This document shows, one piece after another, positions 37,446-50,655 of a stretch of DNA of 64,000 bases. The stretch is from Squalus acanthias. Lineage: Eukaryota. A program made the position numbers and the translations under genes. The notes under the pieces were generated by a model, which worked only from the letters and a program-made list of their open reading frames with translations, did not search any database and had not been told where the DNA came from. Position 1 is the first letter of the stretch; each line of letters opens with the position of its first letter. The stretch is from the NCBI GenBank assembly GCA_030390025.1, contig JASTWF010000573.1:124001-188000 (forward strand). Reading direction: 5' to 3'.

Positions 37446-38064
37446 ATGGCTACTTTCACAAGCTCCATCTAGTTGAACGGTATAAACAGCGGCCTAAACA
37501 GTCATCCTTGGAGGGAGGCTGGAAGTCGCTCCAAAAACAGAAACAATAAGTTTTTTTGAACAATTTTTGTGGGGTCAAGAGGAGCATGAATTCTCCTGGA
37601 TGTATAAAAATCATTCCACCTATCTGGCAGTCCCTCCAAGGCTGCTCACTGTTTGCCTGCTATTGTTTGTCCCCTCTTAAGGTGTTTCTGCCATTCAACT
37701 CCGTGGAAAAGCCGCTGGATTCCCCACACTGCCCCCCGCCACCAGGAACTTGACACAGGGCATGGATGAAACCTGATGTTGGGTCACAGTGGCAGAACAA
37801 TGGATTAAGGTCACTTTTCAAGATTATCAAAATTAAGAGTTGGAAGGGAAAAAAGTGAGCCAAAAAGGTCAGCTTTTTGTTTGAAACAGCTAACAACTGA
37901 ATGATAAGGACAGAATTCAGGTGGGTAGAAGGATTCACAGGAGTTTTGAGAAACAGATTTGGTGAGAAACCAGAAGGGCAGAGAGAGATAGAGGAGTAGA
38001 GTTTCTGCTTTGGGCGCAATTGGTGATCCGGGTGCAAATTGTGCCCAAACTTGTGCTAGCAATC

Positions 38065-40125
38065 TTGTTGTGCGAGGCCCCTTGGGGAGGAGCCATCATA
38101 ATATGATAGAATTGAATTCTTCATTAAGATGGAGAGTGAAGTAGTTGACTCAGAGACTAGGATCCTGAATTTAAATAAAGGAAACTACGATGGTATGAGG
38201 CTCGAGTTGGCTAGGATGGATTGGGGAACATTACTTAAAGGGTTGATGGTGGATAGGCAATGGCAAACATTTAAAGATCGAATGGATGAACTACAGAATT
38301 TGTTCATCCCTGTCTGGCATAAAAATAAAACAAAAAAGGTGACTCAACCGTGGCTAACAAGGGAAATTAGGGATAGCACAAGGAGAGGACATATAAATTG
38401 GCCAGAAAAAGCAGCAAACCTGAGGATTGGGAGCAGTTTAGGGGTCAGCAAAGGAGGACAAGAGGATTAATTAAGAGGGGGAAAATAGAGTATGAGAGTA
38501 AGCTTTCAGGGAACATAAAAACTGACTGTAAAAGCTTCTATAGATATGTGAAGAGAAAAAGATTGGTGAAGTCAAGCGTAGGTCCCTTGCAGTCAGAATC
38601 AGGGGAATTTATAATGGGGAACAAAGAAATGGCTGACCAATTAAATACATACTTTGGTTCTGTCTTCAAAAAGGAGGACACAAATAACCTCCCAGAGATG
38701 TCGGGGAACATAGGGTCTAATGAGAGGGCGGAACTGAATGAAATTAGTATTTGTAGGGAAATGGTGTTAGGGAAATTGACGGGATTGAAGTCTGATAAAT
38801 CCCCAGGGCCTGATAATCTACATCCTAGGGTACTGAAGGAAGTGGCCCTAGAAATAGTAGATGCATTGCTGGTCATCTTCCAAAATTCTATAGACTCGGG
38901 CACAGTTCCCATGGATTGGAGGGTAGCTAATGTAACCCCACTATTTAAAAAAGGTGGTAGAGAGAAAACGGGGAATTATAGACCGGTAAGCCTGACGTCG
39001 GTAGTGGGGAAAATGCTGGAGTCCATTATAAAAGACGTAATAGCAGAGCACTTGGAAAACTGTGATAGGATTGGACAAAGTCAACATGGATTTACACAAG
39101 GTAAATCGTGCTTGACTAATCTACTGGAATTTTTTGAGGATGTAACTGGTAGAATAGATAAGGGAGAACCAGTGGATGTGGTGTATTTGGACTTTCAGAA
39201 GGCTTTCGATAAGGTCCCACATAAGAGATTAGCGTGCAAAGTTAAAGCACATGGGACTGGGGGTAAGGTACTGACTTGGATAGAGAACTGGCTGGCAGAC
39301 AGGAAGCAAAGAGTTGGAATAAATGGGTCTTTTTCCGAGTGGCAGGCAGTGACTAGTGGGGTACCACAGGGATCGGTGCTAGAATCCCAGCTATTCACAA
39401 TATATATTAATGATCTAGACGAGGGGACTAGATGTAATATCTCCAAGTTTGCAGATGACACAAAGCTGGGTGGGCGTGTGTGCTGTGAGGAGGATGCAGA
39501 GAAACTCCAGTATGATTTGGACAAGTTGGGTGATTGGGCAGATGCATGGCAGATACAGTATAATGTGGATAAATGCAAGGTTATCCACTTTGGTGGCAAA
39601 AACAGGAAGGCAGATTATTATCTGAATGGCAATAGATTGGGAGAAGGGGAAGTGCAACGAGACCTGGGTGTCCTTGTGCACCAGTCGCTCAAGGCAAGCA
39701 TGCAGGTGCAGCAGGCGGTTAAGAAGGCAAATGGTATGTGGGCCTTCATAGCGAGAGGATTCGAGTACAGGAGCAAGGATGTCTTGCTGCAGTTGTACAG
39801 GGCCTTGGTGAGACCACACCTTGAGTATTGTGTGCAGTTTTGATCGCCTTATCTGAGGAAGGATGTTCTTGCCATGGAGGGAGTGCAGCGAAGATTCACC
39901 AGACTGATACCTGGGATGGCAGGAATGACTTATGAAGAGAGATTGGGTCAATTGGGCTTATATTCGCTGGAGTTTAGAAGAATGAGAGGGGATCTCATTG
40001 AAACTTATAAAATTCTAACAGGACTAGACAGACTAGATGCAGGAAGGATGTTCCCGATGGCAGGGGAGTCCAGAACCAGGGGTCACAGTCTAAGGATAAG
40101 GGGTAAGCCATTTAGGACTGAGATA
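38065..40125 (+). mobile_element. CR1 LINE ORF2 (end of endonuclease plus RT), 3' end cut by the next element
   Basis: 481-aa RT frame with canonical motifs; few disablements; abrupt junction after ggactgagat. Confidence 0.93.
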
Positions 40126-42982
40126 CAGAGGCGGCGGACCTGGGTGGAGCGGCTGCGGCGAGGCGGAGGACTTAAGAGGCGGCGGCGACCAGGTAGGCCC
40201 ACAGAGGCTTTTAAAGTGCAGGACGCAGTGGTTGCTAGGTAGGTGATTAATTTTTACCTGTATATAAGTTGGGCGGTTCCTAAACCCGAGACACTACACT
40301 TGTAGTGTCCCCCACCCTTCCTCCTCCTCTAACCTAAAGGAGGTGAGTGACTATCAGGTAAGCTCTTTTTTGTTCTAGTTTAATCTGCAAGTTAGCTGGA
40401 GGGGATGGCAGGGGAGGCAGTGAAATGTTCCTCCTGCAGAATGTTTGAGGTGAGGGACGCCGTAGGTGTCCCTGCTGATTACACCTGTGGGAAGTGCACC
40501 CATCTCCAGCTTCTCGAAAACCGTGTTAGGGAACTGGAGCTGGAGCTGGATGAACTTCGGATCATTCGGGAGGCAGAGGTGGTCATAGATAGAAGCTTCA
40601 GGGATGTAATTACTCCAAAGCATGAAGATAGATGGGTGACGGTGAGAGGGGCTAGGAGGAAGCAGTCAGTGCAGGGATCCTCTGTGGTCGTTCCCCTCAG
40701 TAACAGGTATACCGCTTTGAATACTGTTGAGGGGGACGACTTACCAGTGGTAAGCCACGGTGACCGGATCTCCGGCGCTGGGTCGGTCCCTGTGGCTCAG
40801 AAGGGAAGGGGGGAGAGCAGGAGAGCAATAGTTATTGGGGACTCAATAGTCAGAGGGACAGATAGGAGGTTCTGTGGCAGCAAAAGAGACTCACGGATGG
40901 TATGTTGCCTCCCGGGTGCCAGGGTCCGTGACGTCTCGGACCGTGTTTTCAGAATCCTCAAAGGGGAAGGGGAACAATCACAAGTCGTGGTACACATCGG
41001 TACCAACGACATAGGTAGGAGAAGGGACGGGGATTTAAACCAGGAATTTAGGGAGCTAGGTTGGAAGCTGAGAGCCAGTACAAGCCATGTTGTAATTTCT
41101 GGTTTGTTGCCGGTGCCACGTGCTAGCGAGTTGAGGAACAGGGAGAGAGTGCAGATAAACACGTGGCTGCAGGGATGGTGTAGGGGGGAGGGTTTCAGTT
41201 ATGTGGATAATTGGAGCACATTCTGGGGAAGGTGGGACCTGTACAAACAGGACGGTTTGCACCTGAACCAGAGGGGCACCAATATCCTGGGAGGGAAATT
41301 TGCTACGGCTCTTCGGGGGGGTTTAAACTAATTTGTCAGGGGGATGGGAAAAAGGGCTGTAGTCCACGAGCCAGTGGTGAGTGTAGGGAGGTACTGAGGA
41401 GGGTATCAAGGTCGCAGGAATGTACCGGCAGACAGGAAGATGGCTTGAAGTGTGTCTACTTCAATGCAAGGAGCATTCGGAATAAGGTAGGAGAACTTGG
41501 AGCGTGGATTGGTACTTGGGACTACGATGTGGTGGCCATTACGGAGACATGGTTAGAACAGGGACAGGAATGGTTGTTGGAAGTTCCGGGGTATAGATGT
41601 TTCAGTAAGAGTAGGGAAGTTGGTAAGAAAGGTGGAGGAGTAGCATTGTTAATCAAGGATAGTTTAACAGCGGCAGAAAGGCAGTTCGAGGGGGATCTGC
41701 CGTCTGAGGTAATATGGGCTGAAGTTAGAAATAGGAAAGGAGCGGTCACGTTGTTAGGAGTTTTCTACAGGCCCCCAAATAGTAATAAAGATGTGGAGGA
41801 AGAAATTGCAAAGCAGATTATGAATAGGTGTGGAGGTCACAGAGTAGTTGTCATGGGTGACTTCAACTTTCCAAATATTGATTGGAACCTTTATAGGTCA
41901 AACAGTTCGGATGGGATAGTTTTTGCACAGTGTGTGCAGGAGGGTTTCCTGACACAATATGTGGATAGGCCGACAAGAGGTGGGGCCACGTAGGATTTGG
42001 TACTGGGTAATGAACCGGGCCAAGTGTTTGATTTGTATGTGGGAGAGCACTTTGGAGATAGTGACCACAATTCGTTAACTTTCACTATTGCAATGGAGAG
42101 GGATAGGGCCATACGGCAGGGCAGGGTTTATAATTGGGGGAGGGGTAATTATGATGCGATTCGGCAAGAATTAGGGAGCATAAGATGGGAACAGAAACTA
42201 TCAGGGAAAGGCACAAACGAAAAGTGGAGCTTTTTCATGGAGCAATTACTGCGTGTCCTTGATAGGTATGTCCCTGTCAGGCAGGGAGGAAATGGCCGCG
42301 TGAGAGAACCATGGTTCACAAAAGAGGTTGAATGTCTAGTCAAGAGGAAAAAGGAAGCGTATGTAAGGATGAGAAAACAAGGTTCAGTTGGGTCGATTGA
42401 GGGGTACAAGGTAGCAAGGAATGAGCTAAAAAAAGAGCTTAGGAGAGCTAGGAGGGGGCATGAGAAGTCCTTGGCGGGTCGGATCAAGAAAAACCCCAAG
42501 GCTTTTTACTCTTATGTGAGAAATAAAAGAATGACCAGGGTGAGGGTAGGGCCGGTCAAGGACAGTAGTGGGAACTTGTGCATGGAGTCAGAAGAGATAG
42601 GAGAGGTGATGAATGAATACTTTTCGTCAGTGTTCACCGAGGAGAGGGGCCATGTTCTTGAGGATGAGAGTGTGATAAAGGTGGATAGGCTGGAGGTGGT
42701 AGATGTTCTGAGGGAAGATGTTTTAGCAATTTTGAAGAACCTGAGGGTCGATAAGTCCCCTGGGCCAGATGGGATATATCCTAGGATTCTTTGGGAGGCA
42801 AGGGAGGAGATTGCAGAGCCTCTGGCTTTGATCTTTGGGTCATCACTGTCCACGGGGATGGTGCCAGAGGACTGGAGAGTGGCGAATGTTGTTCCTCTCC
42901 AAGAAAGGAAATAGGAATGACCCTGGTAATTATAGGCCGGTTAGTCTTACTTCGGTGGTTGGTAAGATAATGGAAAAGGTTC
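40125..42982 (+). mobile_element. CR1 LINE with 5' UTR, intact ORF1 and 5' half of ORF2; 3' part missing
   Basis: GC-rich 5' end; ORF1; APE endonuclease motifs YFNARS, ITETW, YRPP, GDFN and SDH; one stop near 41991. Confidence 0.93.
40405..41331 (+). CDS. CR1 ORF1p: zinc finger, coiled coil and SGNH esterase-like domain (308 aa)
   Basis: CxxC...CxxC, heptad LENRVRELELEL, and GDS, HIGTND and DGLH motifs; open from ATG to stop. Confidence 0.88.
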   Translation: MAGEAVKCSSCRMFEVRDAVGVPADYTCGKCTHLQLLENRVRELELELDELRIIREAEVVIDRSFRDVITPKHEDRWVTVRGARRKQSVQGSSVVVPLSNRYTALNTVEGDDLPVVSHGDRISGAGSVPVAQKGRGESRRAIVIGDSIVRGTDRRFCGSKRDSRMVCCLPGARVRDVSDRVFRILKGEGEQSQVVVHIGTNDIGRRRDGDLNQEFRELGWKLRASTSHVVISGLLPVPRASELRNRERVQINTWLQGWCRGEGFSYVDNWSTFWGRWDLYKQDGLHLNQRGTNILGGKFATALRGGLN

Positions 42983-43498
42983 GCAAGCATCCCTGGGATC
43001 ACGTGGGCCATGGGAAACCAATGGAAGAAGGGAATCCCCCTTCACACTTTTGACAGGTCTCTACACACAGATCTGTCAAAAGTATAAATGGGGATCACAT
43101 TTAAAAACAGTTAAACATTAAATACATTTTCTTTTAAATCACATATTTCAAATTAGTTTAAAATATTTAATTCAATGTAATTTTAACAAAAAATTTATTT
43201 TTTGAAAAAAATTAAAAAATTTTACGGGGCTAAAAATAAACAGGCCTTATGCCGGCTTTTACCAGGCGTAGGATTTTTAAAGGTTTTCAGCAGGCGGAAG
43301 TTGTGCAGAAAGCGGAACTCCCTGCCCACAGAGGCCCTTCTCCAGGGCAGGCGGATGATCTGTCAAGAGGATTCTTGACAGATCGGAAGTGCCGGGTTTC
43401 AGCGCATGCGCTTCGCATGCCTAAACCCGGCACTTGCGAGGCCCCTACAGGTGCGTGCACACCTCGTACGCACCCGTGGGGGTTGGAAAATCCGGCCC
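42978..43498. mobile_element. MITE family A, left-truncated
   Basis: Colinear with ~490-1096; ends in aaaatccggccc. Confidence 0.75.
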
Positions 43499-44011
43499 AA
43501 CATTGTTTTGTTTTTTAAAACTAGAGCAAAGGATCACAGAAACTGGATTTGCGCTGGACATAACTTGCGCTTGAAATGCCTCGATTTGTGTGTGCTGGTT
43601 CGGACGATTTCAGCTGAATTGCACTGAAAGAAAAAAACCAGCGCAACCGAGTAGAAACTCCAGGCCAGTATCTGACGTGTCTTTCATGCAGTCATATTTA
43701 GCAGCGCCAGCAGTGAGATGGCAATATGGCAAAAACAGCAAATAAAAAATGGCTCGGGACACTTTAGAATGACCAGATGTGACAAGTGGAATATTCACAA
43801 AAGATATCAGAACGGCAGGAAGATTGGACCAAAATACAAGTGCCACTTCTTACAATTTAGTCAACACTGAGGTTGCGAGGTACTGTTCCCGTTAGAATAA
43901 CACCAGTTACCCACTGCGACACACACACACACAGTCTCAAAGCAGTAAGAGCAGCAGTTGAGCCAACAGAAATGCAAATAATTCTTGAAGACCAACCCAG
44001 TTCTCTGATTT

Positions 44012-44230
44012 ATTGGAATTCTCTACCCCAGAGGGCTGCGGCAGCTCAGTCGTTGAGTATATTCAAGACAGAGATCGATAGATTTTTGAATATTAAGCAA
44101 ATCAAGGGATATGGGGATAGTGCAGGAAAGTGGAGATGAGGTAGAAGATCAGCCATGATCTTATTGAATGGCAGAGCAGGCTTGAAGGGCCAAATGGCCT
44201 ACTCCTGCTCCTATTTCTTATGTTCTTATG
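44012..44230 (+). mobile_element. CR1 3' tail fragment
   Basis: WNSLPQRA...IFKTEIDRFL; (ttcttatg)2 tail. Confidence 0.8.
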
Positions 44231-44927
44231 GCAACTAAGAAAACCAGTCTCGTTACAGAATGCAATTTGTTGCAAGCCATTCTTGAAGAGGCAGATACAA
44301 GAAATTAGTCAGAAGAAGCCCATCACCAATCAGGCTCCCCCACTGCAGCTCGCAGGTTCTGGGAGGGTGGGATATCAGCCGGCCAGCAGCTCGGACCTTA
44401 GAGGGGGTAGATACGATTTTGGTGGAGTGGGGGTGGGGGCACATTGGGGCCTCAAACAGGCCAGCAGCAGGCAAAAGTATTTTGTGGGGAGGAGATCGGC
44501 AGGATTTTCTTTGGCCGTTTTTTGAACATCTCCCAGTTTAAGGACCACTGGTGAGGCTGCTCAATGCCTGGTACAAATGGTCCTGCCGTGAGCAGGGGCA
44601 CATTCCACCCATTTGTACCTCAAACTTGCAATTGGGGCCCTATAATGTGTGTAGGGCACCAACTTCCATACTTAAGCAGTCTGCCACCTGCTTCCTGTTT
44701 CAGGCCCACCTGAAAATTGCCTCCCTCACCAATTTTCAATTGCTGCTCGTCTGTTTTTCAGGTGAGAAAACGACATGTGGAACTTGACAACTGCCCCCAT
44801 TGTATTTCATTCCATCCAATGTACTATTGTTTTTAAATCAGAATTATCTTTCTCAATTTCAAGAAAGCTTACCACAAGTACTAATTGTTACCACATAAGT
44901 ACTGATTCTGTGAAGTATCTTCCTCAC

Positions 44928-45524
44928 CTCCAAGAACTTTTGTCCGGATTCGGATTATCCGATCTTTGTTCAGTGTTGTCAATGGTGACTCCAGACGTTG
45001 TTGCAGTGTTTCCACATTCTGCAGATCATCCACCTTGAAAATATAATCAGGGGACAGTGAAATCTGTTGGAGTTCAGTTTCGTCTGCGTCTCCTGATCCG
45101 ATACTGAAAGGTGCTACACCAGCCTGTTTCAGCGCCAATGCTGCCCGACTAACATCATCGGTGGACTTGCTGGCAGTGAGAAGGATCAGGAACTGGGGCA
45201 CACCTTCCTCCGCTCTGCTTCCAGCAGACCTGGTGAAGATGTTCTTTGTGACATAGTCCAGTGCTTTACCGGTGTTGGCTCCTCTCCCACCTATTTGCCC
45301 GAGATTATTTATTGCTTGATTCAGATCCCGTTTTGTTGTGTATCTGTTTAAATAGAAGTCCACACTGGGATTATCACTGTACTGCACTACACCAACTCGG
45401 ACTTTGTCACTTCCAACGTCAAGATTATCGACCATTCTAGAAATGAATCTTTGAACTGAAGGGAAAGCAGCTCTAACTTTTTCCGATCCATCAACAAGGA
45501 ACACAACGTCCCTCTTAACAGCGT
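44928..45524 (-). CDS. COL6A3: Collagen VI alpha-3 extra N4-type VWA exon (597 bp, phase 1-1)
   Basis: ttcttgcag| and |gtgagg; open frame; near-identical to 57206-57802. Confidence 0.92.
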
Positions 45525-45811
45525 CTGCAAGAAACGGAAAATAGATTTCAGTTTATTTCGCAACATTTAGCTGGAAAAATAAAGCACTGCTCCATGAAAC
45601 TACCCAAGCATAATCTGATGGTGGAGTAAAAGAGTTTTGTTCTTTTAAACAGAAATGTTTGGTCAGATTGGGAGCTTTCTCTGTATTTTTCAGTCCTGAC
45701 TGAACTTTACTAGCAGCTATAATTAAGTCAATTGAGAGCACATCTGGGACACAGTTCAATTCCATTTGATTTGCTATTTTACACTGCATGCCATTCTATT
45801 ACCGACAATGA

Positions 45812-46255
45812 AATAATCTGTATTTATATAGCACCTTTCATGTCTTTAGAATGTCCCAAAGAGTTTCATAGCCAATAAGTTACTTCTTGATATGTTACCA
45901 CTGTAGGCAAATGCAGCTGCTAATTTGCACAAAACAAGATCTCACGAACACCAAATGAGGTAAATGGCCAGTTAATCTGTTTGGGTTGAAGGAGTAATGT
46001 TAGTCAGGACTCTGGGAGAACCCCTCTGCTTTTCCTTCAATAGTGCCATAGGATCTTTCTTGTCCACTTGAATAGGCAGACAGGGCCTCAATTTAATGTC
46101 TTGCCTGAAAGATGGCCCTCAGACAGTGCAGCACTCCTTCAATAATGCATTGAAGTGTCAACCTGGATTATGTGCAGAGAACCTCGAGTGAGGTTTGAAC
46201 GCACAACCTTCTTACTCAAGAGGTGAGAGTGTTACTGCCTGAGCCAAACTGCCAC
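45812..46255 (-). mobile_element. tRNA-headed SINE, same family as 32738-33180
   Basis: Colinear homology; A and B box remnants. Confidence 0.7.
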
Positions 46256-46289
46256 TGAGAATCCAATGGGATTACTAACTAGATCTGTA

Positions 46290-49130
46290 GAATCATATTA
46301 ACTTACAGCACAGAAGGAGGCCATTTGGCCCATCATGGCTGTGCTGGCTCTTTGAAAGAGCCGTTGTGTTTAGTTCCACATCCCCGCTTTTTGTTCATAA
46401 CCCTTTAAGTTCCCCGTCCTAAAGTACCTGTCCACTCCCTTTTAAAATTATTTATGGAATCAGCTTTCACCACCTTTTAGGAACATAAGAACAGGAGTAG
46501 GTCATTGAACCCCTCGAGCCTGTTCCGCCATTCAATGAGATCATGGTTGATCTGTGACCTAACTCCATATACCCACCTTTGGCCCATATCCCTTAATACC
46601 CATCGTTAACAGAAATCTACCAATCTCAGATTTAAAATTAACAATTGACCCAACATCTACTGCTGTTTGTGGAAGAGAGTTCTAAACTTTTACCACCCCT
46701 TGCGTGTAGAAGTGTTTCCTAACTTCACTCCTAAAAGGTCTGGCTCTAATTTTTAGGCTATGTCTCCTAGTCCTAGAATCCCCAATTAGCGGAAATAGTT
46801 TCTCTCGATCTAACCTATCAGTTCCCCTTAATATCCTGAAAAATACAATCAAATCACCCCTTAATCTTCTAAATTCCAGGGAATACAACCCTAGTTTGTG
46901 TAACCTCTCCTTGTAATTTAACCCTTGGAGTCCGGGTATCATTCTGGTAAACCTACTCTGCACTCCCTCCAATGCCAAACTATCCTTCCTGAGGTGTGGT
47001 GCCCAGAACGGCTCACAGTGCTCCAGGTGTGGTCTAACCAACGCTTTGTATAGCTGTAGCACGATATCAAATCCCTTGTAGTCTAGCCCTCTAGGTATAA
47101 AGACCAGCATCCCATTAGACTTTTTGACTATTTTCTGTACCTGTCCATGACATTTTAATGATCTATGTACATGGACCCCCAAATAAATTTGAACCTCCAC
47201 TGCTTCTAGCTTTGCACCATTTAGAAAGTACTCTGATCTATCATTTTTAGCTCGAAAGTGGTGACCTCACACTTGCCTATATTGAAATTCCTTTGCCACA
47301 GTTTTGCCCATTCACTTAATCTGTTAATATCTCCTTGTAATTTTCATGCTTCCATCTACACGACTTACAATGCCTTGAACGTGTTGTCGCCTCAAAATTC
47401 CGTGCCCATCTTTCCCGCAATTCCATGTTTGAATCCCTCCAAACAGGTTTCCGCCCTTGCCACAGAACCGAAATGGCTCTCATCAAAGTCACAAATGACA
47501 TCCTTTGTGACAATGACAAATGTAAACTACCCCTCCTCGTCCTTCTTGACTTGTCTGCAGCTTTTGACACGGTTGACCACTCCATCCTTCTCCAACGCCT
47601 CTCCACCGTTGTCCAGCTGGGTGGGACTGCACTCGCCTGGTTCCATTCTTATCAATCTAATCGTAACCAGAGAATCACCTGCAACGGCTTCTCTTCCTGC
47701 TCTCGCATCGTTACCTCTGGTGTCCCCCAAGGATCTATCCTTGGCCCCCTCCTATTTCTCATCTACATGTTGCCCCTTGGCGACATCATCCGAAAACACA
47801 GTCAGTTTCCACATGTACGCTGACGACACCCAGCTCTACCTCACTACCTCTTCTCTAGACCCCTCCACGGTCTCTAAATTGTCAGACTGCTTGTCCGACA
47901 TCCAGTTCTGGATGAGCAGAAATTTTCTCCAATTAAATATTGGGAAGACCGAAGCCATTGATTTCAGTCCCCGCCACAAACTCCGTTCCCTAGCCACTGA
48001 CTCCATCCCTCTCCCTAACATCTGTCTGAGGCTGAACCACACTGTTCGCAACCTTGGTGTCATATTTGACCCTGAAATGAGCTTCCGACCACATATCCGC
48101 AGCATAACTAAGACCGCCTATTTCCACCTCCGTAACATCGCCCGTCTCCGCCCTTGCCTCAGCTCATCCACTGCTGAAACCCTCATCCATGCCTTTGTTA
48201 CCTCTAGACTTGACTATTCCAACGCACTCCTGGCTGGCCTCCCACATTCTACCCTACGTAAACTTGAGGTGATCCAAAACTCGGCTGCCCGTGTCCTAAC
48301 TTGCACCAAGTCCTGTTCACCCATCACCCCGGTGCTTGCTGACCTACATTGGCTCCCGGTTGAGCAACGCCTCGATTTCAAAATTCTCATCCTTATTTTC
48401 AAATCCCTCCATGGCCTCGCCCCTCCCTATCTCTGTAATCTTCTTCAGCTCCACAACCACCACCCCCCCCACCCCAGAGATCTCTGCGCTCTTCTAATTC
48501 TGCCCTCTGAGTATCCCTGATTATAATCGCTCAACCATTTGTGGCCGTGCCTTCTGTTACCTAGGCCTTAAGCTCTGGAATTCCCTGCCTAAACTTGTCC
48601 ACCTCGCTACCCCTCTTTCCTCCTTTAAATTGCTCCTTAAAACCTACCTCTTTGACCAAGCTTTTGGTCACCTGCCCTAATTTCTCCTTATGTGGCTCAG
48701 TGTCAAATTTTTTTGTCTTATAATATCCTGTGAAGCGCCTTGTGATGTTTTACTATGTTAAAGGCACTATATAAATACAAGTTGTTGTTGTTGTTGTTGT
48801 TATCTTTGTGTCATCAGCAAACTTGGATATGTAGCTGTCTATCCCATTATCTAAGTCGTTAATAAATACCATGAATAGTTGATGCCCCAACAGAGATCCC
48901 TGTGGGATGCCACTAGTCATATTCTGCCAATTAGAGTACCTGCCCGTTATCCCTACTCTCTGTCTCCTGCCACTCTGCCAATTTCCTAATCAGGTCAATT
49001 CCATGAGCTTCAACTTTAGTGAACAGTCTTTTATGCGGGACTTTATCGAGTGTCTTCTGGTAGTCCATATAAATAATATACATAGACATTCCCCTGCCCA
49101 CTACTTTAGTCACCTCTTCAAAACATTCAA
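46290..49130 (-). mobile_element. CR1 LINE interrupted by an L2 insertion
   Basis: LVRPHLEHC and SLEFRRLRGDLI at 46682-47200; RT sequence (FADDTK) resumes at 48801. Confidence 0.8.
47360..48800 (+). mobile_element. L2 LINE, 5'-truncated, relatively young
   Basis: [33 protein letters not shown] and SRLDYSN motifs; (ttg)n tail. Confidence 0.93.
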
Positions 49131-49134
49131 GGTA

Positions 49135-50655
49135 GCACTTTCCAGATCCCGACAACTCTCAGTGAAAACATTTCTCCTCATCGCCCCTCTAGATCTTCTG
49201 CCAATGATTTTGAATCTATGACCTCTAGTATTGACCCACTTGCCAGAGGGAATAATTTTTCTCTGTTTACTCGATCAAAACCTTTTATCACCTTGAAAAC
49301 CTCTAATAGGTCACCTCTTAACCTCTCTGTTCCAAGGAGAACAGTCCTAACTTTTCCAACCTCTCCTCATAACTGAAGTCCCTCAGCTCTGGTAACATCC
49401 TGGTACCCTTTCTAAGGCCTTTACATCTTTCCTGAAGTGTGGTGCCTAAAATTGTCCACAAAACTACAGCTAAGGCCTAACCAATGATTTTTAAAGTTCT
49501 AGCATGATCTCTTTGCTTTTATATTCTGTTCTCTATTTATACACCCAATGCTTTTTTAACCACTTTATCAACTTGACCTGTCACCTTAAAGGATTTGTGT
49601 ATAAGGTCTAATCGTGCCATTTATAGTATACTGTCTTTCCATATTAGTCCTCACAAATGCATCACTTCACACTTCTCCACATTGAACTCCATCTGCCATG
49701 CTTCTGCCCATTTCACCATCCTGTCTATGTCAGCCTGAAGCCTATAACTATACTCATCACTATCTACTACTTTGCCGAGTTTCAGATCATCTGTAAACTT
49801 TGTAATGCTGCTCCCTACAACGAGTCTAGGTCATTTATAAAAATTGAAATGAGTAACGGACCCAAAACTGACCCTTAGGAACACCACTGCAAATCACCTC
49901 CCAGTCTGAAAAACATCCATCCATCCAGCACCCTTTGCTTCTGGTCACTGAGCCAATTTTGTATCCATACCGCCACTTTCCCCTTAACTCAATGGGCTTC
50001 CAGGTTTTTAATAAGCCTCCTGTGTAGCACTTTGTCAAATCACTTCCAAAAGTCCATATATACACACAACATCTACTGAACTATCTTGATCAACCTTCTT
50101 TGTTACCCCAAAGAATTCAATCAAGTTAGTCGGAAACGATTTGATTTTAACAAATCCATGCTGGCGCTCCTTGATTAGCCCATGCATTTTCCAAATGAAA
50201 GTTTATTTTGTCCCTGATAATGGTTTCCAATAACTTCTCCACCATCGATGTTAGGCTGACTGGCTGGTTTATCCCTCTTCCCTTTTTTGAATACTGGTAC
50301 AAGATTAGCAACCCACCCATCCTTTGGCACTACTCCTGTATCCAATGAGGATTGAAATATTGTGACCAATGCCTCTGCTATTTCAACCTTTGCTTCTTTC
50401 AGCTACCTAGGATGCATTCCATCTGGACCCAGTGACTTACCAACTTTCAGTAACGCTAATCTTTTTAGTATGTCTTCTCTATTTATTACTAACCTGTCCA
50501 TAACTTCCCTCTCCTCTTTTAGTGTAACCTTCACATCATCTGCTTCCTTTGTGAAGACAGATGCAAAGTCCTCATTTAATACTTCAGCCATGTCCTCTCT
50601 CTCTACATAAAGATTTCCCTTTGGGTTCTTAATAGGCCCAACTTTTTCCATGTAA
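49135..50655 (-). mobile_element. CR1 LINE, decayed
   Basis: KSLGPDGMHPR and IFQSSLDTG remnants. Confidence 0.8.
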
